From Brevundimonas sp. (GTDB taxonomy: Bacteria; Pseudomonadota; Alphaproteobacteria; Caulobacterales; Caulobacteraceae), in contig DAIOID010000001.1 in assembly GCA_036744355.1 (NCBI GenBank), positions 11,727 through 75,726 of the forward strand: DNA of 64,000 nt. The letters run 5' to 3'. The position numbers were made by a program, and so were the translations under genes. This document shows, piece by piece, positions 1 to 10,021 of this stretch. Numbering within the stretch: the first letter of the stretch is position 1; each line of letters begins with the position of its first letter. The notes below the pieces were generated by a model, which saw only the letters and a program-made list of their open reading frames with translations, was not told where the DNA came from and made no database searches.

Positions 1-467
1 GCGGCGCGCTGGTCTATTTCGAAAACCGATGGACGCACGGCCTTCGACCGGAGCGGAACAGATGGCGCCAGCTCATTCCGATGATGATCGTCACCGAGGA
101 CCTGCTTCTCGACGGCAATCGGGTGACCGTCGACGGCCGGGGCAAGGCGTCGGTCGCCTTCGTCGGAGCGTCGGAATACGCGCGGCGAGGCCAGCGGGAA
201 GCCTTCGCCAAGCTCGACAAGCTCCTGGCGCCGCTTCCGGTCGAGGCGATCCACTTCCGCTCGGAACGACGAACCGAGTCCCACCTTCAGGGCACGTTGA
301 GATTGGGCTCCGACCCCGCGCGATCCGTCGTGGATCCGCAGATGATCCACCACCGATGGCGCAATCTGCTCTGCGTCGGAACCTCGGTCTTCGCCAGCTG
401 TTCCTGCGCCAACCCCAGCCTGACCGCCGCCGCGCTTTCCCTCAGGGCCGCCGATGCCATCGTCTGA
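1..467 (+). CDS. GMC-family oxidoreductase, C-terminal part (5' truncated by window edge)
   Basis: Frame open from position 3; C-terminal motifs H-x-x-GTLRLG..P..SVVD and ANPSLT..ALSLRAAD typical of GMC_oxred_C. Confidence 0.8.
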   Translation, partial: GALVYFENRWTHGLRPERNRWRQLIPMMIVTEDLLLDGNRVTVDGRGKASVAFVGASEYARRGQREAFAKLDKLLAPLPVEAIHFRSERRTESHLQGTLRLGSDPARSVVDPQMIHHRWRNLLCVGTSVFASCSCANPSLTAAALSLRAADAIV

Positions 468-921
468 CAACAGCAGCCGGGCGGCGGTCAATCGCCGACT
501 TCTCATCGCCGGCGCCGTCGCCGCGTCGTTCGGGAGCGTCGCGGCGGGCGGAATCTACTCAAGTTCGGTCAAGCCGAACCATCTCGCCCGGGCGCTGTTG
601 CGCGACATGGTCGGGCCCTTCCGGATGTCGCGTCTCGAGTTCAACAACTTCCTCGGCCGTTTCCAGGCGGAGCGGGCGCTGCCGGAAGGCCTGAAGCGCG
701 GCGTCCTCACCGGCCTTGGGCAGGTCGGCCTCCTAGGGCCGACGCTGACCGTCGCGCCGGGCCGGGCGGTGGATGGGGTGGTCGATCTCCGTCGCGAACT
801 GTTGACGGCCTTCCTTGTCGATACGGATTTCCTCGCCCCGGAGCGGAACCGGGACGCGCCGGTGCGCTTCGTCGACCGAGGCGTCGCCTGCGCCAGCCCC
901 TTCGCCCGCTTCGAGGCGTGA
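454..921 (+). CDS. Hypothetical protein with twin-arginine-like signal (possible partner subunit of the GMC oxidoreductase)
   Basis: NRRLL followed by a hydrophobic stretch; overlaps the GMC gene end. Confidence 0.55.
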   Translation: MPSSDNSSRAAVNRRLLIAGAVAASFGSVAAGGIYSSSVKPNHLARALLRDMVGPFRMSRLEFNNFLGRFQAERALPEGLKRGVLTGLGQVGLLGPTLTVAPGRAVDGVVDLRRELLTAFLVDTDFLAPERNRDAPVRFVDRGVACASPFARFEA

Positions 922-1016
922 TCGTCGGCGTTCGGCGCCGTCGCGAGTCGCACGCCGGCGATGTTGCGGTGCAGCGTAAGTTTATCTAGGGTGCCGTCAC
1001 ACCAGGGAGATAGTCC

Positions 1017-2351
1017 ATGCGCGTCGCCATGATCGGGTCCGGCTATGTCGGCCTGGTGTCCGGAGCCTGTTTCGCCGACTTCGGCCACACCGTCGTCTGC
1101 ATCGACAAGGATCCGTCCAAGATCGAGCGGCTGAACCGGGGCGAGATTCCGATCTTCGAGCCGGGCCTGGACGACCTGGTCGAGACGAACGTGCGCGACG
1201 GCCGCCTGTCCTTCACCCAGGACGGGGCCGAGGCGATCCGGACCGCCGACGCCGTCTTCATCGCCGTGGGCACGCCCAGCCGGCGCGGGGACGGCCATGC
1301 CGACCTGTCCTACGTCCATGCGGCGGCGGAAGAGATCGCCGGCCTGATCCAGGGCTTCACCGTCGTGGTCACCAAGTCGACCGTGCCGGTCGGCACCGGC
1401 GACGAGGTCGAGGCCATCATCCGCCGGGTCAATCCGGACGCCGACTTCGCCGTGGTGTCCAACCCGGAGTTCCTGCGCGAGGGCGCCGCCATCGGCGACT
1501 TCAAGCGGCCCGACCGCGTGGTGGTCGGCGTCAACGAGGGCGAGACGGCCGAGCGCGCCCGCACGGTGATGAGCGAACTCTATCGCCCGCTGAACCTGAA
1601 CGAGAGCCCGCTGCTGTTCGTCAACCGCCGCACCTCGGAACTGATCAAATACGCCGCCAACGCCTTCCTGGCGATGAAGATCACCTTCATTAACGAGATG
1701 GCCGACCTGTGCGAGGCGGTCGGCGCCGACGTGCAGCAGGTCGCGCGCGGCATCGGCCTGGACAAGCGGATCGGCGCCAAGTTCCTGCACGCCGGCCCCG
1801 GCTACGGCGGCTCGTGCTTCCCCAAGGACACCATCGCCCTGGTCCGGACCGCCCAGCAATATGGCGCGCCGACGCGGCTGATCGAGGCGACGGTCCAGGT
1901 CAACGACGCCCGCAAACAGGCCATGGCCGAGCGGGTGGAGAAGACGCTGGGCGCTAGCGTCAAGGGCAAGACCGTCGCCCTGCTGGGCCTGACCTTCAAG
2001 CCCAACACCGACGACATGCGCGACGCCCCTTCGCTGGACATCGCGCCTGCCCTGATCGCCGCCGGCGCGCGGGTCCGGGCCTTCGATCCGGAAGGGATGC
2101 ATGAGGCGGCCAGGCTGCTGGACGGCGTCGAGATGAAGGACAGCGCCTATGAGGCCGTCGAGGGCGCCGACGCCGTCGTCATCGTCACCGAATGGGATCA
2201 GTTCCGCGCCCTGGACCTGGACCGCGTCAAGCTCTCGATGAACCAGCCGGTGCTGGTCGATCTGCGAAACATCTACCGCCCCGAAGACATGCAGCGGCGC
2301 GGCTTCCGCTACTCCGGCATCGGGCGGCGAGCCGACACGTCGGGCGCCTGA
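1017..2351 (+). CDS. ugd: UDP-glucose 6-dehydrogenase
   Basis: GSGYVG Rossmann motif, SNPEFLREG, GYGGSCFPKD catalytic Cys motif; GGAG RBS. Confidence 0.96.
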   Translation: MRVAMIGSGYVGLVSGACFADFGHTVVCIDKDPSKIERLNRGEIPIFEPGLDDLVETNVRDGRLSFTQDGAEAIRTADAVFIAVGTPSRRGDGHADLSYVHAAAEEIAGLIQGFTVVVTKSTVPVGTGDEVEAIIRRVNPDADFAVVSNPEFLREGAAIGDFKRPDRVVVGVNEGETAERARTVMSELYRPLNLNESPLLFVNRRTSELIKYAANAFLAMKITFINEMADLCEAVGADVQQVARGIGLDKRIGAKFLHAGPGYGGSCFPKDTIALVRTAQQYGAPTRLIEATVQVNDARKQAMAERVEKTLGASVKGKTVALLGLTFKPNTDDMRDAPSLDIAPALIAAGARVRAFDPEGMHEAARLLDGVEMKDSAYEAVEGADAVVIVTEWDQFRALDLDRVKLSMNQPVLVDLRNIYRPEDMQRRGFRYSGIGRRADTSGA

Positions 2352-2399
2352 GCGCGATCTGGCGAATGACGGTCTTCGCCGGCGCCGCCGCGCGACGCC

Positions 2400-3935
2400 T
2401 CAGGTTCCGGTCTTTCCGAAACGTCGGCCCATCAAGGTCCGCGCCGCGGCCTGTGCGGACCCCGCCAGGGCCAAGGTCTCGGCAAGAGCGGCTCGACCGG
2501 ACTTCATCAGAAAGAGCACGGCGACAAATCCGGCGTAGCCGCACAGCCCGGAGGCGAGGAGCAGGGGCCAGCCGGAGATCCCGACGATGCTGAGCCCATG
2601 CGACGCCGCCAGAACCAGGACCGCGCTTGCGGCCCCGGAAACGGCGAACGGAACCGCCAGCCCCACCAGGTCCCGCGTGCGCACCGGGCCCTTCCTCCCG
2701 ATGACCCACCATACGGCGGGGGCGAGGATGAAGGTGTCGGCGAGCGCGTAGCTCCTCGCCACGCCCAAGGCGCCGTCGGGCAGGCCGACGACGAAGGCCG
2801 CGATGCAGACGGCGGCGTTGACGAGGCCCCAGCGCGCGAACTCCGTCGTGCGGCCCTGGCTGATGAACAGCCACCCTATCGTGGTCGTCAACGGCTGGTG
2901 CAGTCCCGACAGGGCGAGCCAGGAGAAGATCGCGCTGGTCGGTCCCCACTGGTCGCCCATCAACAGCGGGATCAGAGTGTCCGCCGTGATCATGACGGTG
3001 ATCACGCCCGGCATGATCAGCAGCAAGGTCTGCTGGACGACGCGGAGATAGGCGTGGCGATATCGGTGAGGCTCGTCCGTCAGGCGCGACAGGGCCGGGA
3101 TGAGCACCCTTCCGATGGGACGGTTCACCTGCTGCAGCGGAAGGACGAGGAGTTTGTAGGCGCGATCGTAGAAGCCGAGTTGCGCGGCGCCCGCGAAACG
3201 GCCGATCAGGACGTTGTCCAGACTGCGGGCGAAGAAGTTGCTTATGTTGAAGCCCGTGACCCCGGCGCCGAAGCGGAGCAGTTCGGAAACCTCGCCCCGG
3301 GCGGCGGCGCGGCCCGGCCGCCAGGTCGAGAGCGTCCAGGCGAGGGCCAACGACACCGCCAGACTCACCACGCTTGAGGCCAGCAGGGCCCAGGCGCTCG
3401 GCCGCAACACCGCGACCAGCACGGCCGCCCCGAAGCCGGCGACGACCGAGGCCATGTCGATGGCCGCCAGCGCCCCGAACCGCATTGTCCGGTTGAGGAG
3501 GGCGATCTGGACGGTGACCAGCCCGGAGAGGATGAAGGTGGCCGCCAGTCCGAACGTCAGTCCGATGAGTTCAGGGCGGCCGTAGAAGCCCGCGATGACC
3601 GGCGCCGATCCCGCCAGGATCAGCGCCAGGACCCCGGAAATCCCGAGGTTCAGCCAGAACATGACCGTGGCCTGGCCGCGGGTAAGGTGTTTGGCCGTCG
3701 TGATCGCCTGCGTCAGGCCCAGGTCTTGGAAGAGGCCGATGAAGTTGGCGAACGGAAGGACCATGGCGAAAAGGCCGATGTCCTCCGGAGCCAGAAGCCG
3801 GGCGATGAGCACGACCGAAAGGAACTGAACCGCAATGCGCACGGCCTGACCCGCGGCCACAAGGGCGGTGCCGTTGAGGGTGCGCTTGCGCAGATCATCC
3901 GAAGGCGCGGGGATGAGTTCGTCCGCGGCCGTCAT
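2400..3935 (-). CDS. Wzx/ExoT-like polysaccharide flippase
   Basis: Many TM segments, ARLL.PEDIGLFAM, DLGL..A, LG.YDRAY motifs. Confidence 0.9.
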   Translation of the reverse strand: MTAADELIPAPSDDLRKRTLNGTALVAAGQAVRIAVQFLSVVLIARLLAPEDIGLFAMVLPFANFIGLFQDLGLTQAITTAKHLTRGQATVMFWLNLGISGVLALILAGSAPVIAGFYGRPELIGLTFGLAATFILSGLVTVQIALLNRTMRFGALAAIDMASVVAGFGAAVLVAVLRPSAWALLASSVVSLAVSLALAWTLSTWRPGRAAARGEVSELLRFGAGVTGFNISNFFARSLDNVLIGRFAGAAQLGFYDRAYKLLVLPLQQVNRPIGRVLIPALSRLTDEPHRYRHAYLRVVQQTLLLIMPGVITVMITADTLIPLLMGDQWGPTSAIFSWLALSGLHQPLTTTIGWLFISQGRTTEFARWGLVNAAVCIAAFVVGLPDGALGVARSYALADTFILAPAVWWVIGRKGPVRTRDLVGLAVPFAVSGAASAVLVLAASHGLSIVGISGWPLLLASGLCGYAGFVAVLFLMKSGRAALAETLALAGSAQAAARTLMGRRFGKTGT

Positions 3936-4945
3936 GTCCGGGGCCGGCCGGCCTGAAGGGTCTCTCGAGCCATACGCTTGAGCCGCCCCAAGGCGCGCCG
4001 CGCGATCGATGGACGAGGCGGGCGCGCGGGCGCGCCCGTGCGCGCGTCCTCGAAGCCGTGGACGAGCCGGTGCTCGGCGATGCTGAGCACCGGCTTGCCG
4101 GCCAGCGCCGCGATCTGACGCGCCTGGCGCGCCTCGCTCTCGACGAAGAGGAGGGTGTCCGTCTGCTTGTAGACCTCGGCCTTGAACGCGCCATGCGCGC
4201 CTCTTCGCCGGCGTTCCGCCGCGGTCGGAAGATCCAGCATCCAGAGCTTTCCGTACTGGACGCCGTGGCGATCGAGCCAGGCCTCCGTCTGGGGGCGATA
4301 TTTTTCAAGACGGCTCGTGACCAGGTGTCCGATCGGCCGGGTGGTGGCGTACAGCGGCGCGGCGTCGAGCAGGAAGGCGAGGTAACGGTCGCCGTCATCG
4401 TTCTGGGATCGGTCCGGATCGTGGCAGAGGACGCCGTCGATGTCGAAGCACATGCGCGCGAGGTTCTTATGGTGGAAGATGTTCCACTCGAAGGCCCGCG
4501 GGAGCGCCACCCGCTCCAGGACGAGATCCGCTTCCGGATTGTCGGTGTCGCTCCGCCCGAAAACGGCGCAGAAGGTGATCCGGGCTTCAAGGCCGGCGGC
4601 CGCGAGCTTGTCGCGGGCCTCGCGCATCGATCGTCCGGAGCTTATGCTATCGTCGACCACCAGCACGTGCCGCGGCCCCGCGTTCCCGGCCCGCTGCGAC
4701 GGCGGCTTGGTCCATCCGGAGCCCAGCACCCGCCCGGCGATGAAGCCGTCCAGGTCGGCCAGCGGCAGATTGCGCGCCAGACTGATCATGTTGGCGGCGA
4801 GGAGGCCGCTTCGGGGAATGCCGACGACGAGGTCGATGTCGGGCGGCAGGCGATGCCCCTGCGTCGCGACGACGTGGGCGAGATCCGCATATGATCGGTA
4901 CTGCAAGGAAACCTCTGCTGTGGCCGGGGAGGCGCGGGGCGACAC
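3932..4945 (-). CDS. Phosphoribosyltransferase-domain plus HAD-like-domain protein
   Basis: VVGIPRSG and VLVVDDSISSGRSM (PRPP-binding loop), then CFDIDGVLC (DxDxV HAD motif I); 4-bp overlap with the flippase. Confidence 0.75.
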   Translation of the reverse strand: MSPRASPATAEVSLQYRSYADLAHVVATQGHRLPPDIDLVVGIPRSGLLAANMISLARNLPLADLDGFIAGRVLGSGWTKPPSQRAGNAGPRHVLVVDDSISSGRSMREARDKLAAAGLEARITFCAVFGRSDTDNPEADLVLERVALPRAFEWNIFHHKNLARMCFDIDGVLCHDPDRSQNDDGDRYLAFLLDAAPLYATTRPIGHLVTSRLEKYRPQTEAWLDRHGVQYGKLWMLDLPTAAERRRRGAHGAFKAEVYKQTDTLLFVESEARQARQIAALAGKPVLSIAEHRLVHGFEDARTGAPARPPRPSIARRALGRLKRMARETLQAGRPRT

Positions 4946-5039
4946 GAAGACGCGCCCGATGACTGAATATGCTCGATTTCGAGCACCGTCACGTTACGAT
5001 GCTGCATCTGCGTTATGAAGACGTCCACGGAGGGGAGCG

Positions 5040-6128
5040 GTGAGGGTACTTTTCGTCAGCGGGACGCCCTATTCGCCGCAGCGCACGGGCGGCGCCCAGT
5101 CCAGCACCGACCAGCTGATCGGACTGCTGCGTGCGCGCGGCCACGCCTGCGCCGTCGCCTGCGCGCTCGACGGCGGGGGGAGCCTCGGTCTTCGGTCCCG
5201 CATCCAGATGAAGCTCGCGCGCCGGCGTTTCTCGAGGGACGCCTTCAACGGCTACGATGTCTTTCGCGCCTGGTTCCCGACGGAGGAAGCGGCGGCGGCG
5301 GCGGCGGCCTTCGGCGCCGATGTGGCGGTGGTCCAGAACCACAGGACCGCGCCCCTCGTCGCTTCGCTGCAGGCGTCCGGCGTTCCGGTGGTGGTCTATT
5401 TCCGGAACGTGGAGTTCGCGGAGCTGCACGGCGACCTGCGGACGCTGACCCCGCAGCCCCTCTATATCGCCAACTCGGACTTCACCGCCGCCGCCTACCG
5501 ATCGGCCTTCGGCGTCGCCTGTCAGGTGATCCCGCCGCTCGTTCACGCGGACCGGTATCGCACGACGACCTCGGCCGAAAACGTCACCTTCGTCAATCCT
5601 GTCCCGCACAAGGGATTGAAGATCGCTCTCGGCGTGGCGCGGCTGTGCCCGGACATTCCCTTCGTCTTCGTCGAAAGCTGGCTTCGCGAGCCTGACGAGG
5701 TTCGCAGCCTGCAGGTCGAGTTGGCGAGCCTTCCCAACGTCACCCTGCGCCCGCGCACCTCCGACATGAAATCCGTCTACGGCAAGGCCAGGCTGGTGCT
5801 GGCGCCCAGTGTTTGGGAGGAGGCCTGGGGGAGGATCGCGAGCGAAGCGCATGTGAGCGGCATACCCGTGGTGGGATCGACGCGCGGCGGCCTGCCGGAA
5901 GCTGTGGGGCCGGGCGGACGACTTCTCGACGTGGACGCTCCGATCGAGGTCTGGGCCGAGGCGGTTCGAAGTCTCTGGTTCGATCCCGCCGCCTATCGGG
6001 CGGCGTCCGCCGCAGCCTTGGAGTATTCCAGACGTCCCGACATCGATCCGGAACGGCAAATCACCCGGTTCATCGACATTCTCGACAAGGCCCGGGCGCA
6101 GTTCGCGGCCGCCGCGTCGTCATCCTAG
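5040..6128 (+). CDS. GT4-family glycosyltransferase
   Basis: PSVWEEAWGRIASEA (E-x7-E) and G.PVVGS.RGGLPE motifs; GGAG RBS before GTG. Confidence 0.9.
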   Translation: MRVLFVSGTPYSPQRTGGAQSSTDQLIGLLRARGHACAVACALDGGGSLGLRSRIQMKLARRRFSRDAFNGYDVFRAWFPTEEAAAAAAAFGADVAVVQNHRTAPLVASLQASGVPVVVYFRNVEFAELHGDLRTLTPQPLYIANSDFTAAAYRSAFGVACQVIPPLVHADRYRTTTSAENVTFVNPVPHKGLKIALGVARLCPDIPFVFVESWLREPDEVRSLQVELASLPNVTLRPRTSDMKSVYGKARLVLAPSVWEEAWGRIASEAHVSGIPVVGSTRGGLPEAVGPGGRLLDVDAPIEVWAEAVRSLWFDPAAYRAASAAALEYSRRPDIDPERQITRFIDILDKARAQFAAAASSS

Positions 6129-6236
6129 GCATGGATCGCGGCGTGAGGCAGCGAAACGGCGCCGGCCAGGCCGCGTTGACGGATCCCGTCGCTCCCGGCC
6201 GACGATGCCCGTCGGGCGCGGCTTAGTTGAGGTTTT

Positions 6237-7259
6237 ATGATGCAAGGTTCCTCCACTCGGCGCGTGCTCGTCACCGGCGGCGCCGGCTATGTCGGCGCCC
6301 ACGCCTGCCTCGCCCTGGCCGAGGCGGGGTTTGAGCCCGTCGTCTACGACGATCTTTCGAACGGACATGCGGAGTTCGTGCAGTGGGGACCGCTGGAGCG
6401 CGGCGACATCCGGGATGCGGCCCGGCTCGATGAGGTCATCGCCCGCCACCGACCGATCGCGGTGATGCATTTCGCGGCCCTGATCGAGGTCGGCGAGTCC
6501 GTGCGCAAGCCGGGGCCCTTCTACGACGTCAATGTCCGGGGCGCGATCACCCTCATAGAGGCCGCCCGGCGCGGCGGGATGGACAAGATGGTCTTTTCCT
6601 CGACCTGCGCCACCTACGGCGATCCGATCCGGCTGCCGATGGACGAGCGGCACCCCCAGGCGCCGCTCAATCCCTATGGACGCACGAAGCTGATGGTCGA
6701 GCAGGCGCTCGCCGACTACGCGGCCTACGCGGGTTTCCGGTCGGTGAGCCTCCGCTACTTCAACGCCGCCGGCGCGGACGAGCGGGGACGGATCGGCGAG
6801 CGCCACGAGCCGGAAACCCACGCCATTCCGCTGGCGATCCAGACCGCTTTGGGCCAGCGCGAGGGCTTCCGGTTGTTCGGCGACGATTACGATACGCGCG
6901 ACGGATCCTGCGTTCGGGACTATATTCACGTGACGGACCTGGCCGACGCCCATCGTCGGGCGTTGACCTATCTGATCGACGGCGGCGAAACGACCGCCCT
7001 CAACCTGGGCACGGGAGCCGGCACGACGGTCAAGGAGCTGGTGGCCACCATCCGGCGGGCCACGAACCGACCCTTCCCGATCGAGACGGTCGCCCGCCGC
7101 CCCGGCGATGCGCCCAGCCTCGTCGCCGATAACGCCGCCGCCCGGGCGGTTCTGGGATGGCGGCCGACCCGCACGCTGGACGACATCGTACGCTCCGCCT
7201 GGCGCTGGCACGCGGGCGAAGCCGGACGCGCGACCCCCGCCGCCCGCGGGGTGGTGTAG
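6237..7259 (+). CDS. galE: UDP-glucose 4-epimerase (GalE/ExoB)
   Basis: TGGAGYVG, FSSTCATYG, YGRTK, LRYFNAAGA, RDYIHV. Confidence 0.95.
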   Translation: MMQGSSTRRVLVTGGAGYVGAHACLALAEAGFEPVVYDDLSNGHAEFVQWGPLERGDIRDAARLDEVIARHRPIAVMHFAALIEVGESVRKPGPFYDVNVRGAITLIEAARRGGMDKMVFSSTCATYGDPIRLPMDERHPQAPLNPYGRTKLMVEQALADYAAYAGFRSVSLRYFNAAGADERGRIGERHEPETHAIPLAIQTALGQREGFRLFGDDYDTRDGSCVRDYIHVTDLADAHRRALTYLIDGGETTALNLGTGAGTTVKELVATIRRATNRPFPIETVARRPGDAPSLVADNAAARAVLGWRPTRTLDDIVRSAWRWHAGEAGRATPAARGVV

Positions 7260-7333
7260 ACACGCTTAACCCCGTCCGTTCGATCGATCTTTACGGTTTC
7301 GACCTAGTCTCTCCGCATAGTCGGAGGGACGCC

Positions 7334-7501
7334 TTGACCTACATCTCGATAGACCAGTCCGCGGTGCGGCCGGCGCGGCGAGCGCGCTCGGCGGTCCGGC
7401 CATCGGACGCGAAATGGTCGGCGCGGCGCACCCTGGCCCTCGTGGTGGGCGCCTCTCTCGCGCTTTGGACGCTGATCCTGAGTCCGTTCCTCTTCTTCTG
7501 A
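7334..7501 (+). CDS. Small membrane protein (55 aa)
   Basis: GGAGGG RBS then TTG; MTYISID...WSARRTLALVVGASLALWTLILSPFLFF with a single C-terminal TM helix. Confidence 0.55.
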   Translation: MTYISIDQSAVRPARRARSAVRPSDAKWSARRTLALVVGASLALWTLILSPFLFF

Positions 7502-7504
7502 TCG

Positions 7505-8587
7505 TCACCAGTCGGCTCGCGCCACGCGACGGCGAGGCCTTTCCTGTTCCGGCGCATGCACGGGGGCGGCCGGCGCGGGGGCCAAGATCGCCGCGGGCGG
7601 GGCTTCGGCCGACGCCGGCTGTGTGTCCTCAGGCGCGCGTTCCACGGTCGGCGCCACGATCATGGGCGCCGCCGGCGGCGCGGCGGGCGGCGCGGCGACG
7701 GCGATCAGCGACGGCGCGGCCATGATCTCCACCGGCGCCGCAGGTTCGGCTTCAGGCGCGCTCAGCCGGCCGCTGACCACCGGCTCCCGACCGGCGTAGG
7801 CGCTGACGAATGCGGCGCGTTTTCCATTGAATCCCTTCCATCGGTAGAAGGTGTGAGCCCCGATGTTGGCCACCTTGAGGAGGGACGGGCTCCAGTAGGG
7901 CGCGACATAGAGCGCGTGGTAATGCGTCGCCTGGCCGACGGCCGGCTCGACGCGCCCGGACAGGGCGTCGGCGGCTGCGACGCGCGCGCGCGCCCAACTC
8001 GCCGCAGAAGGCGGCCGCCCCAGCGAGCCGTCGCAGGTGAAGGTGAACTGGCAGCCCGTCGTCCGCTGCGACCCTGAGTAGACCACCCCGCACACTGACG
8101 ACGGAAAGGCCGGGTGCCGGACCCGGTTGAGCACGACCTGGGCCACGGCGCGCTGCCCGAGGGCGCTCTCGTTGGCGGCTTCATAATAGATCGCCTGCGT
8201 CAGGCAGTTCAGGGCGCGCGCGCGATCGGCGGCGGCCATGGCTGCCGGCAGCCGGAAGGGGGCGGCGGGCTCCAGGGGTTCCGTGCTGACCGGTATCGAG
8301 GCGTTGAAGCGATAGGCGTCGGTCCGGTCGAGCGCCTGGAAGGTGAGGGGAACCGGATTGCTCTCCGTCGTCAGCCCGACGTCGGCCGTGGGCGGCGCGT
8401 ACACCAGTCCCGGAATCGGTTCGAACACCCTTTCGTAGCGGCCCTGCCAACCTTTGGCCGCCGACCAGGCGAGCACGAGCGCCAGGCCGGCGAGAACAAG
8501 CACGACGAAACCGCCCGCCAGACGCGCGAAGAGCACCCGCTCATAGGCCTTCAGCGTCAGATGATGGTCGTCCATGACGATGTCCAA
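7505..8587 (-). CDS. Cell wall hydrolase, SleB/Hydrolase_2 family
   Basis: CLTQAIYYEA, AVAQVVLNRV, CQFTFTCDG, ATHYHA..V.P.W, IGAHTFY; Pro/Ala-rich tail. Confidence 0.9.
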   Translation of the reverse strand: MDIVMDDHHLTLKAYERVLFARLAGGFVVLVLAGLALVLAWSAAKGWQGRYERVFEPIPGLVYAPPTADVGLTTESNPVPLTFQALDRTDAYRFNASIPVSTEPLEPAAPFRLPAAMAAADRARALNCLTQAIYYEAANESALGQRAVAQVVLNRVRHPAFPSSVCGVVYSGSQRTTGCQFTFTCDGSLGRPPSAASWARARVAAADALSGRVEPAVGQATHYHALYVAPYWSPSLLKVANIGAHTFYRWKGFNGKRAAFVSAYAGREPVVSGRLSAPEAEPAAPVEIMAAPSLIAVAAPPAAPPAAPMIVAPTVERAPEDTQPASAEAPPAAILAPAPAAPVHAPEQERPRRRVARADW

Positions 8588-8640
8588 TCGAACTCAGGAC
8601 CGGCCCTTCGGCGTCGTGGCCTTCGCACCGGCGCGCCGGC

Positions 8641-9222
8641 CTAGAACAGGCGTTCCGCGATGCGGATGGTGTCGCCGGGCGCGACCTGCAGCGTCGGCCC
8701 GATGGCGTAGGCTTCCTCGGCGGTGCTGCCGTCCCGTCGGATGAACACGCGGCGGGTGTCCGCGCGGTAGGTGAACCCCCCCGCCGTGGCGACGGCGTTG
8801 AGCACGGTCAGGCCCGCGGCGTAGGGATAGGTGCCCGGCCGGTTGACCTCGCCCAGCACATAGAAGGGACGATAGGTGAGCACCTCAGCGCTGACCTGGG
8901 GATTGAGGATGTAGCGCGAGCGCAGCGCCTCTTCGACGGCCCGTTGCACCTCCGCGACCGTACGGCCCTGCGCCGGGATGTCCCCGGCCAGGGGCAGGGA
9001 GATCACGCCGGCGCTGCTGACCACGAACTCGCCGGACAACTGCTCCTCTCCGAAGACGACGAGCCGGACCTGGTCCCCGGGCCCCAGCTGATAGTCTCCG
9101 ATGACGCGGCTCTGCGCCTGCGGCGGGACAGAGCCTGAAGGGAGAGACTGGCATCCCGCCGCCCAAAGCGAGGCGGCGGAGGCGAGCAGGGTGCGGCGGC
9201 TGAGCATCATCTTGGTGGACAT
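8641..9222 (-). CDS. Wza/ExoF-like polysaccharide export lipoprotein
   Basis: Lipobox AAGC; YQLGPGD Poly_export motif; GEVNRPG.Y SLBB domain. Confidence 0.92.
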   Translation of the reverse strand: MSTKMMLSRRTLLASAASLWAAGCQSLPSGSVPPQAQSRVIGDYQLGPGDQVRLVVFGEEQLSGEFVVSSAGVISLPLAGDIPAQGRTVAEVQRAVEEALRSRYILNPQVSAEVLTYRPFYVLGEVNRPGTYPYAAGLTVLNAVATAGGFTYRADTRRVFIRRDGSTAEEAYAIGPTLQVAPGDTIRIAERLF

Positions 9223-9409
9223 GGCCCTATCTCATCCGAAGCGGCGGGAATCTCAACCGTCATCCCGCAACACGCGAGGGTTTCTCGTTGGCGGGGGCGC
9301 GCCGGCCGATCGATGACCGCCGCCGCTGCGCCGCCGGGCATCCGGATCGACAGCCCGTCAGTGGAAAGGCTATGACGCGAGCGCGGCGCCGTCCGCGGGA
9401 GGGCCGCTC

Positions 9410-10021
9410 ATGCAGAATCGTTCGCGAGCACGCGCCTCGAAGACGCGCCGCCGGTCGGCCGTTCACCGGCGTTGGCGGGGGGGGCTCGCCCGCGCCCTGA
9501 AAACGAACGGCCTCGGGGTCGCGGCCCTGAGCGGCGTCACGGTCCTGGCTTGCGTTTTCGCGCTGGCCCAACGACACGCGGCCAACCCCGTCACGCTGCC
9601 CCAGAGGGACGCGGCCGGGCGCCCGCCCTCGGCCGCCGCCGTCGAGCAGGCGATGCGCCGCGTCGCGGACGAAGCGCGTGCGGCGCCCGCCGACAGCGGA
9701 CCTCTCCTGAGGCGGGCCTATCTCGAAAGTCTGGGCGGGAAACCGTTCAAGGCCGCCGCCGTGCGGCGAAGCTACGCCCTGGAGCCCCTGGGGCCCGACG
9801 CGACCGCCTGGCGCCTTAGGTTCGTCTTCGAGCACTGGAGCGATGCGCCGCCCGACGTCCGGGAGAGCGCGCTGGACGAACTCGCCGCCGCCTTTCCCCG
9901 CCACGGCTGGGCGATGCGAGGCCTTCCGGACACGATCCACGATCCGACCGGCCGCATGGCCGCGAGTCTTAGCTTCGCGCGACTGCGGGCGACGCAGGCC
10001 GCCGATCACTCGACCAGATAG
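9410..10021 (+). CDS. Hypothetical membrane-anchored protein
   Basis: One TM segment followed by a helical domain; located inside the EPS cluster. Confidence 0.55.
   Translation: MQNRSRARASKTRRRSAVHRRWRGGLARALKTNGLGVAALSGVTVLACVFALAQRHAANPVTLPQRDAAGRPPSAAAVEQAMRRVADEARAAPADSGPLLRRAYLESLGGKPFKAAAVRRSYALEPLGPDATAWRLRFVFEHWSDAPPDVRESALDELAAAFPRHGWAMRGLPDTIHDPTGRMAASLSFARLRATQAADHSTR

Noticed and set aside
5289..5309. GCG trinucleotide run
   Set aside because: In-frame poly-Ala codons inside the GT4 gene; not a phase-variable tract
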